From assembly GCA_015680685.1 (NCBI GenBank), contig MNCI01002587.1, positions 1-64,000 on the forward strand: a stretch of DNA of 64,000 nt. The letters run 5' to 3'. Position 1 is the stretch's first letter, and each line of letters starts with the position of its first letter. A model generated the notes under the pieces. That model searched no databases, was not told the DNA's origin, and saw only the letters and a list, made by a program, of their open reading frames with translations. A program made the translations under genes and the position numbers. Source of the stretch: Gnetum montanum (Eukaryota > Plantae > Gnetophyta). This document shows positions 1-12,053 of this stretch, in pieces.

Positions 1-906
1 CTAATTTGTTTAAAGCATTTCTTTATTTCTAAGAAGGTAGTTTTTTAATAAGATTTGTTCTTAAACTACTTTACATTTTTCTCTTTCTATATCCACTATA
101 TGCATGATTTACCTCATTTTACATTGTGTTGTGTACATGATTTCCATCAATATTCACTTTATTTGCTATTTCATGCATGTTGCTATTTTCTTTATATTTT
201 CTAGTGTTTGATAGAAACACTATTTGAAGTTGTTGGATTTTCCAATGATATGTAAGTTCCATTTTTATTTCTAGAATTCATTTCTTTAGATTTTTTGGTA
301 GCCATGGAATTTCTTAGCTCATTTTCACATTAGGTTGTGTCAAATCTAAGATTATGATGATTCTTACTGTAAAATCTTTCTAGTGTTAGAAGAACATTCG
401 AGAAATTAATGTTATTTCTAGAATTATTTTTTTCCTACAGTTTTTCAAAGTCTAAGTGATGTGTTGTGTCAAAACCCTATTGTTATATTATTTTTCCTAT
501 AACTTTTACATTTTTCCTGAATAGATATTCTCACTTTCTATTTTTGGGTTTAAACTTAATTGTAGAAAAAACCAAAACTCTGGTAAAGATCTTATGAAGT
601 CATAGTTAATCCAACACATGAACAAATATGAAATAATATTCTAATTTAAGCTTCTATAAACTCTATAAACTCATTTTTTTGAGAAGAAATTAGGTATTTT
701 CAGAAGAACTAAGCTTAAGGGAATATAAGTTAGCTAGTGTCAAATGAGAGGTACAATTATTACTTACACTTGATATACACAAGCTCATGGTAGAATATAA
801 ACAAGCTAATGATTTACCATATTTCCTTCCTATTTAAGATCATCTAATTAAACTAGATTATGAGGAAGCAAAAAAAATTATACAATTCATCATTAAGCAA
901 GAAAAG

Positions 907-2700
907 ATGCATGAAAGAATACACTTGCATATTGAAGAGGCTAGAACAAGAACCATCATGGATCAACCTATTAACCCTCACATCACTATTAGAAGGAGAG
1001 GAAGCATAGTCTCTAAATCAAACATTCATCTAATAGATAAAGATGAAGAACAACCAATTGAAGTGCTTGAAAAAAGTAATCCTTTGTTATATTATATTCA
1101 TAACACTAACATCATAGCTACTTAGAGTTCTTTATCTAGATTTTTTCTTCTTCTACAAGATCACTTAGTCTTCCAATAAGTTCTATTTCTTTGCCTTATC
1201 ATCTATTTTGTCCAAATAATGTTAGTTATCCTCATTTCATATTCAATAGGATGTTTTACCTTTTGGATCTACATAATCCAATCCTCAACCTCAATATACC
1301 ATAGCTTATTTTTAGTTCATCCTATTTATTACTTTTACTACTCCACTGTTATTTATCATTTCTTAATCTACTGGTGTATACTCCTTTCCTGTATACCTAC
1401 CTAACTTATTTTTGTTGGGTATATCTACTTTTACTACCTATGGACCCATCCCATATATGTGTCCTTCCTTGACATCATTACTTGCTACAATAGCTCAACC
1501 TATTCCTTACTCTCCTAAAATAAATCCACAACTATTAACACTACTTATTGATGTTATGCTCTGTCTATGAAACATCAAAGATAAAGTAATCAAGGCATTT
1601 AACATATAAGAAAATTCTCTTATTTTCTTGAATCAAGTTCTAAGTGATCTCATAAACTCTACTTTTTCCTTGTCAATTTTACCTAAGGGAGTTTCATTAC
1701 CATATTTTACAAAGTTAAATGGTAAAATAAGAGATCTTATGAATCACGTGTCCACATTTAGGAATGAATACATGCTTCTTACCCCTTATTCTCATATCCT
1801 ACTAAGATGCTTTTCCAATTATCTTTTTGGAAGACCTCTAGAACAATATAAATCTTTGGATCATGGATGTATTACCTCTTTGGAGAAATTCCTTACAGCT
1901 TTCATTGAATTCTTATAGTTCAAATTTTCTCAAAGTACAAGTGTTATATCCTTTGTAGCCATTAAACAAGCTTCAAATGAGCCTATTGATGAATTCATTT
2001 CTAAATGGAAAATTATGTTCACCAAACTACATTATCATTTAGTGGAATACCATAAATAGGACATCTTTGAAGTTGTATTAGTAGACTACATTTAAAAAAG
2101 AATGGCTTGACCTAAGTCACATTTTCTAAATGATGCTTTCTTGACTATTAGGCCTATTGAAGAAGTTCACATGGTGACTAGAAATTTCTATCAATCTGTA
2201 ATAATGCTAATAAGATTATGAAACAAGAGAAGGGGCAACCAACTTCTCAAGGCATTTCTTCTTTTTCTAAGGAATAAATAAATACCCCCTTAACTTTTTC
2301 ATCTTCTATCCAATATTAGAAACCTCATAGAAATACAGATTAGTACACTAAGATACCTATAAGATACTATTTTCTTCTTAATAACCTTCTTAGGAATGAT
2401 CACCTTAAGAGGAAACATGTTTTTGATCAAGTAGGAGGATGTTACCATTACATTATGCTTATAGTAATGGATCCTTTTCAAAGATAAGATAAGAAGGTGA
2501 ATCTAAGGTGTCTAAGTGGTATGACTATTAGAAGTACTACTATTATCCTAAGATTTCTAGTCATGATATAGATAACTATATAAATTTAAAGGATGACATT
2601 TAGGATCTCATACATAAGTGTAAGATAGTGATAGTAAGTAAGCTATCCACTATGCATCTAGATAATCAATAGTTGAAAGTCTTTCATAACCTCTTGAGAT
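907..2700 (+). pseudogene. gag: gag remnant of element A (approximate limits)
   Basis: ORF 1628-1918 LPKGVSLPYFTKLNGK..D...HV..F matches element E Gag LHRGMSLPHFTKYNGEGDPNVYLVTF; many stops. Confidence 0.65.
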
Positions 2701-3330
2701 TTGGAAATACTATTTTAAATTTAAAGGTAAAATACAAAGCTCATAACTCCCCACCTAGGGATCCTCACATCATCAATAAGAATGATTACAAGAATCATCA
2801 ATAATCTTCATCATAATCTTAAAAACCTTATATAATTTTTTGGTCTGACTATGCTTTCCCTTCATCAAAGCTAAATCACTCTCCTTTATTTTCTTCATCT
2901 CCTATCTATCCTTCCTACTCCCACCCTATTTCATATCATGTTGATTCCCAAAATATACTTTCATCTACTAAATCCCAAGCATTTAGTCATTCTTTTTCAT
3001 CACCTAAAGTAATAATCTTTACTTGTAGCCAGTAGACCAATGAGTCATAATTAGGTATGTACAAGGAGAAAGTTATTGGTGCACAGAAGCAACCTTCTAA
3101 AACATCAAAGAAACTTTCTTTCTAGTAATATTAAGAAACTATTCCTTAAACCATCATTTAGCATTTATCTACTCCTATATAGTGAGTTACAATGGTATTT
3201 TTTGCATGGACATTTTATTCTACTAATAACAAATTCCTATTACAAATGACCAATATTATCTACTCTAAGAAAACTAACTTATCCTTGTATGATATCTTAG
3301 CAACCACTAAAGAACATCATGTAACTTCAT

Positions 3331-3760
3331 ATGATGTTATTAAAAGAATTTTTATCCCAAGTGATATTTGATCTCATACAAAGTCCATATCTTTCTTCCT
3401 TCATCATCGAAGTGTTACATGATGCTTCATTTTCATTGATACATGTTAATGATGGTTCCAAATCCAATGCGATCACATGGGTTGTTATCAAGTGTCTTGG
3501 TCTTCATGATCAAGTAGATTTTAATGAAACCTATAATAGTCTTGTTTTATTTCATAGTACATAAGTATAATTCATAGGATTCATTAGGTTTCATATATAG
3601 TCATACCTAAATAATTTGAAACCCTCTTTATGGTCATACCTAAATGTCATAGTGTCAATGAAATGCTAGAATATCCTTTTTTGGATCAACACCATGTAGT
3701 ATCATCTCCTATACATTATAAGATTCATATTTACTTTTGTAATCATGAGGTAGTCATCTT
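3331..3760 (+). pseudogene. aspartic protease remnant of element A
   Basis: IHVNDGSKSNAI aligns with element E protease VHVDDGATTNII. Confidence 0.55.
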
Positions 3761-4959
3761 AGTTAATACATATATTCTAAGATATCTTTCTTAGATTAAG
3801 AAACCTAATTTTAATAGCTTAGTGGTGAATTAGCTAATATTAAAATTGAACCTATCAGTAAATATATAGTTACTTCCCCTCCTAATAATCTTAGTTCTTC
3901 TATAGACTTAATAGACCTAAATAATGAGTCTAACTTTGATATTGATTTTATTAATTCATACTTAGAAGAACTTGATATATCCTCACCTTGTAAGAAAAAT
4001 CTCTCTAATCGTTCTCATGCAACTACTTGAAAATTCATTGCTAACATGATAACATTTGATGCATGAGCTTTGAAATTCTTAAGTAATATTTTTTGGCACT
4101 TTTCCTAACTAGTAACATATACCAGTATTTATTAGATATAATTCTATTTTTCTTTCTTATCATTTCTTGTTATCATGTAATGATAGGTAGAGGATAGTTC
4201 AACATCAATACTCTACATTGTTTTCATAATCATCATAATGCATGATGATTTTTTATAGAATATGAACTTATAAAACATCATAATGTTTGATGTCACATGT
4301 TTTACACTTTTTTTCTATGTTAAGTACTTTATCTTTTGTTTACTACCTTTTTCTAAGTGGTAAACATCTAATAGTACCTATTAGAATCATCCTTTACTTT
4401 CAAATCAAGTCTTTAGTATGTTAAAATGAACAACTGATTACTTATCATTAGCACATTATGTCATTCTCATAATTATCACAATACACATATGATTAATTAG
4501 AAATGACATGAAAAATAATCTTTATTTCTAAAATTTTATAATTGATGCATATCATAACATTTAACATGAAACTTTATTTCTTAAAACATCATTCCAATGA
4601 TGTTTATTAAATAATTTTATTATCCTATGTCAAATACAAGTCACTTATACAAAATTAATTTTTGTATCTATTTCCAACAACTTCTTCCTCTTTATCTTAT
4701 TAATCTATAGTAGAGTGGGATCTGCTACTAGCTTCAAGCTACTTTCTTCAAGATTTGCATCAAAAATCAAAATAAGTAGGTTAGTTTTATTTTTTATTTC
4801 AATGGATAAAAAATAATTTCTTAAAATTTTAATGCTTACCTTGCATATTTATATACATATTTAGTATACCATTTCTTTTATCATATCCAAGATTAAGCTT
4901 AATGTATTTAAAGTGTCAAAAGCTAAGCTTAGAATCCTTAATAGAACACTAATCCATTG

Positions 4960-5980
4960 CTATAGGACCAAGAGTCATGGCTACTAAGATTAGATGGTTA
5001 GGTTACTACTAGTCCCATATGAAAAGTGATCACATGAAAAAGGTTAAGCATTATGACACATGCCAACTACATTGTAACCTCATACATGTATCACCAATAG
5101 AGTTGCATACTACTTAGATCACTTGGTTGTTTCAATGATGGGGCTTGGATATCATTAAACCTATAACACCCAAGTCTTCCACACATAATAGCTTCATCAT
5201 CACTACAACAAAATACTTTAAAAAGTGGGTTGAGGCTATTTCCTTAAGGAAGAATGCATCTAAACAAGTTTGAAAATTTATCTTAGATAACATTGTAGCC
5301 TATTTTTGCATATCCATGATCATAGTTATAGATAATGGACCACAATTTAGTAGCCATGAAACAAAATATTTTTTTCATAACCTAGGCATTAAACATTCTT
5401 TCTCATCACCTTATTATCCTTAGGCCAACAGACAAGTAGAAGCAAGCAACAAAGTCATTATCAAATTGGTAAAGAAGATGCTCAATAATAGTAGGCATAA
5501 ATGGCATGAGTGGCTTGTCCATGCACTATGGGTATATAGAATGACCTATCACATGGTAATTGGAGAAACCCCTTATAGCTTATTTTATGGTTTTGAATCT
5601 ATATTACCTCTTGAATTGCAGGTTCCATCACTTCAAGTAGCCTTGACTAACTTCATCAATAATGAGTAGAATAAGGAGTTATGGATGGTAGCCCTAGACT
5701 TAGTAGAGGAGCAATGTATGTAAGAGCTTGCTCACATTGAATGTTATCAAGAGAGGTAGAAATGAAAATACCACCATAACTTGACCAAGCATAAGATCAA
5801 GGAATGTGACCTAGTCCTCAAAGTTGTCTGCAAGCATGTGGATAAATTCTCAGCCAACTAGGAAGGGCCTTTTCTAGTCACCAAAGCCTATGGAAATGAA
5901 GAATTCAAGGTAGCTAATATGGATGGGAATGAGCTAGAAAATCTAGTTAATCACTCCTATATAAAGTCATATTACATGTA
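4960..5980 (+). pseudogene. integrase remnant of element A
   Basis: GPRVMATKIRWLGYY, GLDIIKPITPKSS, DNGPQF, HALWVYRMTYH..GETPYSLFYG, ending NHSYIKSYY; collinear with the B/E/F integrases. Confidence 0.85.
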
Positions 5981-7057
5981 TCTAATGCTCATCAACAAGA
6001 AAACCTACTCTAAAATAACCTATCGAGACCTTAAACTGGCATCATGGATTTCCTAGGCCTAAATTGGTAATATAGCCTACCAAGGTCTTAAACTGGTACC
6101 ATGGCCCATCATGGCCCTAAACTGGAAACATTGGTAAGTGGGGTAGCTTCATTGTATTCTCCATGTGGTCTATATATGTATTGTAATGATTTAACATGCT
6201 TTGTTTACTTAGTTTTCTTATCCTCTTGGAGTTGTGTTTGCATAATGAATCCTAAAGCCATCGAAAAGGTGCAACTCATTATGGTAGCAAATCATCACAT
6301 GAATTCAATGTGAAAGATTTAGTGAGTTTGTCCTACTGTGTCAAGAGTACTTTTACAATTGCTCTTCCTCTAACAACACTCCTTGAGCCAAGACCCATAG
6401 CCTGATTATAGTCTTCTATACCTCAAGCAATAATGTTAACTCATGTTTACCACTCATGCACTATAGCTATATGATATGTCCTTAGCATACTTCATCCTTA
6501 AGTCCACTTGGATGTAACACAATTCATTTAATGGGAAAACCATTAAGTCCATCAAGTGTAATGCATCTCATTCAATGGGATAACTCTCAAGTCCATCGAG
6601 TGTAACACAATTCACTTGATGGAAAAGATATGTTAAACTGGCCTTGGAAATGAAACCCAGTGAAGGTTTTACCCCATAACAAAAAAGAGGAAGGGGAGAC
6701 AAGTTTCCAATGAACTAAATGGCCAAAAAAGCCTCAATTTCCAATGATCGAAAAACATTTGGAGCAAAGTGGTTGATGTCTCAAATGCATTTGTTGAGTG
6801 ACCAACACTTTAAAATATGTCAGTGCAATGCTACTACCATGATGGTAACACTTGTAATACATTGTTAGCCTCAATGACCATATCACTAACTACCATAATC
6901 ATTCCTCTATCATAATCCAATCCCATCATCACAACCACTCTTCAACATGTTTCAACATGACTAGATCAAGTGCAGAGAGAGAACGTCAATGGTGGACCTA
7001 TACTAGTGTTTTGTATTCTTTGTTAGTGTCTCTTTAGTTAAACCTCCCAACACCAAC

Positions 7058-7070
7058 AAAGATGGGCCAA
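7058..7070 (+). promoter_or_regulatory. polypurine tract of element A
   Basis: AAAGATGGGCCAA immediately before LTR TG; matches AAAGAGGGGCCAA of element F. Confidence 0.75.
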
Positions 7071-8472
7071 TGAAACACTAGAAAATTTGCATGTTGAAAC
7101 CTTTGGGATCCCATCCCATTAAATCCAAGGCAATGCTTTATTGTAAATGTGAAGGTTGTAACCCATAAAGTGGCAATCTCACATGTTTCATACTTCTGGG
7201 GCTAAAAATGCTTTATAAGTGGTCAACGCCTTATTCCCCAAGTGAAAATAGTCATTTAGTGTCTATATTTGGGCTTGGGAAATCAAAATTACATTTTGGA
7301 ATGTCAAAAATGGAAATTTAATGGGTTTTATGGGGAGGTATACTTTTCTCTATGCTAACACACCCCATATAGGGGGGAAGCCAGCTAGGAGACTTCAAGG
7401 CTAGCATGGAGGAGTGCAAGGGAGGTAGAACTCACCTACACCCCTATGTTGAAAGAGGGATGACCTAGCCTAGAGGGGGTTAACCCTCATCCCCAACATT
7501 GACCATTCATCCCCCTTCAACATTAACATTCTTTCCCCCTAGTAGGATGGGGGTTAGATAGCGTGGAGGGGGTAAACAGCTAGGATGCATGGGGGTGAAC
7601 CTTACCTACCCTCCCTAAACATGGAAATTAATTTTTAGCAAATTGGCAGCCAATTTTTAGCCAATCAATCTACAATTCTGCATTCAATTTTCAGCCAATC
7701 ATGTCAGCCATTTGTAGTTAATTTGCAGTAGAAATCATGGATGTAACCTTATAAAAACCACACCTTTGCACCATGTCAAGGTTCCACACTTTTGCAATTG
7801 AGCACTTGGAATCTTGGCATCTAAGAGCTCTTACTTCCTTGGCAAAAATGTATCTCCTTAGTGTCTAACAACATGGACCCCCTACAACTTGTTACCCCTT
7901 ATCATTCCCCTCTTTTGGATTTGTGAGTTTTGGAAGTCAACATTACCACCATGGGATCATCAAATCCCAACATGGTGCACTTTGGTCATTCTAATACTTC
8001 ACATTTTCATAACCCCCAGCATCAAAAAATGTTACAAATATAAGGAGGAGACAAAGGAGGTTTGATAGCATCAAGAGTCGTAGAGATGTTGGATCGTGAA
8101 GTTAATTGTGGCTTCAATGGACTTTGAATTCCTGCCCAGGTGAATCCACTTTTGCCCTTCTCTTGGGCACCAATTTTGTACACATCTTTAAACTCATTCT
8201 TTATTCATTTAATGAAATTTATGATTTCAAATTATGTACAATTTCATATCCAATTATTATCTTTTAGTGCATCATTTCATAGATTTACATATTTTATACT
8301 GTTGTTACACCTGTGTTTTACACCTCGTAAGTCCTTGGGTGATCTACAAAACCATCTAGGGCATCTTGAATTCCATTTTTCTTTATAGATGTCCTATGGA
8401 ATTCATGGTTGAGGCTATGCATGGTTGAGAATCCTTGGTCTCTTCCAGTTACTGATATTTTCAATTATAATA
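7071..8472 (+). repeat. 3' LTR of element A (~1.4 kb)
   Basis: Starts TGAAACAC; end TTCCAGTTACTGATATTTTCAATTATAATA resembles the element E LTR end TTCCAGTTGTCGATGTTTTCAATCGCTCCA; TATA-like CTTATAAAA near 7749. Confidence 0.7.
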
Positions 8473-9109
8473 CCAGGCCTCCTATTTGACATCTTGAACA
8501 AGTAGCACTGAAACTAAAAAAACCTTCATACTTCTAGAGCCTCCTATAGTATTTGAGCCTACTCATTAGGGTAGAAAGGTTGGACTATGCTAAGAATACA
8601 TGTGGCAAAGGTAATAATAGGATCAAAGCTTTGGTGCTAGGCACTATAGGTTGAGAGTAATAAGAGAATTATGATTTGGCAAAAATTATAATTTGGAAAC
8701 CAATCCCAAACTTATGCGTCCACTAACAAAACCTTGGTTTCCCAAAAAACTCATCCAAGTTTCATTTATTTTTGTGATAGTAATTAGAAAGTGGGACTAT
8801 GTTGGATGAGTGGGAAATTAATCCATTTAAATGCTCAAATTTAGGATGGGACCCACTAAATTCCTCTCCAACATGCCAATGAAAATTGTAAAACACTTAG
8901 ATTTACAACTTCTCCATTGTGACTATGCTAGGGTTTAAGCATCCAAAAACCTTGAAATGGATTTCAAACCCTAAATAATGCTAAAACAAACCTTCCATCC
9001 ATTCATACATGCCATGAAACCTTATGTCCAAAGTGGAAAACTAGGTGTTGGCATTGATGAAAATTGGACACCAAGGAAGGTCAAAACTCACACCAAAACC
9101 CACTAGTTA

Positions 9110-11265
9110 TAGTAACTATGCTAGCTAGTAACCTGACTACACTAGCCAATGAGTTATAAGTGGGATAATATCTTGTATCATCAGCCAAACTTTTAATTGA
9201 CTCCAAAATTATCAAACCATGCACCAAACCCTTAGAAATACATCTAGAAGCTCCAAAATTCCACAAAACTCATAAAAAATTAACAAAAATCAATTGTATT
9301 GCATAGACTACACTAGGGGAGACCTCAACTATGCTAGCTAGCATAGTCCTAGCTTACTTGAATAAGGAATGAATACGAAAAAACCAAAAATAGCCTCCTA
9401 TATGACATATCTTGAACCCCAAAGTCTTTGGTAAGCCTAAAACCTAAGAAAACTAAGAAAAAATGGAAAATTTCCTACACCCACCTTCAAACTACATTGG
9501 AAATGGCCATGACTATGCTATCTAGCATAGTCGTAGTGTATTTGGGAGAGGATGAATCATTAAAAACTAAAAATACATTCCAAACTAACATACCTTGACC
9601 TTAATACTCCTTGGGAACCTATAATGACATTGGATTGGTAAATTATAAGAAAAAAGAAGGCAAAATCCCATTTTCAAAGCATCAAAATAGGTTACTAGCC
9701 AGTGTAACCTAGCCAGTGTACTCCTAGCATATTACCACTTCCAAAGCATCAAAATAGGTTACCAACATGTCAAATTAACTTTTGAAAGCATCATCTCAAC
9801 TCCAAATCTTACCAGAGACTTCAAAGATCACTAAACCCTACAAATCAGGTTAAAAATCAATAAACCTTAGCCTACACCATTCAACTATTCTAGGAATACA
9901 TTGGTCAACATATTCCAAAGGTGTAGGATCAGTTCAAGAAGAAAAACAAAACTATCAAAACTGACCATCTTAGGCTTGAAACCCTAGTTTTAAACATTAG
10001 TGATGGAAGCACTCAAAAACCTAAATGATCAACCATCAAATCTCATCAAAATTAAAATTCCATCTTATAAGTACACTGGAGTAAGCCTAGACTATGCTAG
10101 CTAGTGTAGTCCCAGCATAGTCATGATCATAGGATGATTTTACTAGTGATTTAATTCTCTAGAAAATTCAAAACTTGACTTGGAAATCCAAAACCATGTT
10201 TGGACTTACTAAGTAGCAATGCCACCTTGTTTTGATCCTAAAAATGTTATATTTAGCTCATCTACACTAAGGCTAGGCTCAACTACACTAACCAACATAG
10301 TCCAAATGGAAAATGATCAGTTCAATGCTTAAACAACCTCCAAAATTAATCATCCTAAGCCAAAACCCTAGTTAGGAGCACCAGTAATCCTGGGAACCCA
10401 AGAACCTAGTTGATTAACTATAGAAACCCACCAAAAGCTAGATTTTACACCTTACTATGCTAAAATAGTCCATGACTACATTGGGTAGCATAGTTAGGAC
10501 TAAAAGTTAATGTAATTACTAACTTATCTTTTCAAATGACTTGAAATTTAACTTAAGACACCTAAAACATTGCTTGACATTACCTAGTCATAATTTCATC
10601 TTTTTTTAACCATGGGAATGTTAGATTCCATGCATATACACTAAGGTAGGCCTAGAACTACACTAGCTAGCATAGTCCGAATGTAGTCCTTACCCCAAGG
10701 TGGTTTAACTAGAACAATGTCACTAAGAATCACCAAAAAATTAATTCTGGAAGCCTAGAATCCTAAAATCCTGAAGCTAGCTATAGTTTGATCTTTTTCA
10801 ACCATGAAAAACCTATATTTTGGCTCAACTATGATAGGGTAATCCTTAGTTATGCTAGCCATCATTGTCATGAGGTGTAGGTGCTAAAACTTCACTTTTG
10901 GTAGCCTATTTTAACTTTCAAATGGTCTATTTAGTCTTTCCTAGATCCTACACTGCACTAGGAAGCTAATGGAACACCAGTGTTAACTTTGAGACTTCAG
11001 AAACCCATTTTTCCCATGCATCTATGGTGGGACTATGCTGGCCAACATAGTCCCAACTTAGTCACTGGTATTTTTTTCATTTACAATTTCTCAAGGGTTG
11101 AAACTATCAATCTTCAATCCTAGTCTAGTGTGCTAGCCATATAGACCATCAAGATCCCAAAATTGGTCATAAAAAGCCTAGAAAATCATTTACTAATACT
11201 AGCTATGTTAGGGCCTATCCCAACTACACTTGCCAACATAGTCCTAGTTGGGCCTAGTGTAGTCN
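9110..11265. repeat. Diverged ~190-bp periodic array with palindromic core GACTATGCTAGCTAGCATAGTC
   Basis: Core variants near 9115, 9328, 9511, 9700, 10090, 10281, 10473, 10657, 10850, 11032, 11222. Confidence 0.7.
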
Positions 11266-12053
11266 AGGTTTGATAATGATTTACTACATCAAACATCATC
11301 GTACCCTTGTTTTATTCTTTAGACCATCATTTGATGGGATTCAATCATTATTTGAGCTTCATTTGATATCAATTGTCATTATTTTGCTATATTAGACCTT
11401 GGGTCTATCCTGTCCACTTTATTTTGACCTTTATGACCTTGGTTGGCTATGTTCTAGTCTTTTTTGACATCTTTTGGAAATGCTTGACCATTGTTAAGTT
11501 TTCATTTGGTCTAATTTGATCACTATTTAGACTTCATGTGATCTAATTTGGCTACCATGTCACTTTGGTCCATAATAGTTAGCCTTTTGGTTTATCACAT
11601 ATACCTTATCTTACCCACTGTGACCTTTGTTAACCATGTTTTATCCTTGTTTGACCTTATTTAATGGTGTTTGACCATCATTAGACAATCATTTGGCATT
11701 AGTTCATTACCATTTTGCCCAATTTAGCTTTACTGCATGCTCTTTAGCCTTTTATGCATCTTTTCCACCCTTAAATCCCCTTATATGATCTCTTTTGATC
11801 ATTTTTTACCCTTAATTAGCATCATCAGATGGAGTTTGACCATCATTTAGTCTTCATTTGACTTCCTTCTATAATCATTTGGTCTTCATTTGATCCTATC
11901 TAGCCTCTGTTTCACCTTATCTATCTTCACTTACCTCAAGTAACCTTTAAGTGACCTTTTTAAAACCTTTTTTGGCCTTTATCTTAACATATTTTATCTA
12001 TTTCTAGGGTATTTTGCTTTATTTTGGGATTTTTTATTCATTTTATCACACAG

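Larger units (their letters stand above)
1..8472 (+). mobile_element. Element A: degenerate Tat-clade Ty3/gypsy LTR retrotransposon, 5' end outside the window, RT/RNase H missing
   Basis: Gag-, protease- and integrase-like remnants in order, followed by PPT AAAGATGGGCCAA and an LTR beginning TGAAACAC like the other Tat LTRs here. Confidence 0.75.

Noticed and set aside
9110-11265. CRISPR-like array (palindromic repeat plus variable spacers)
   Set aside because: Cores are degenerate, spacers are ~170 bp and related to each other, there are no cas genes, and the context is a plant retrotransposon
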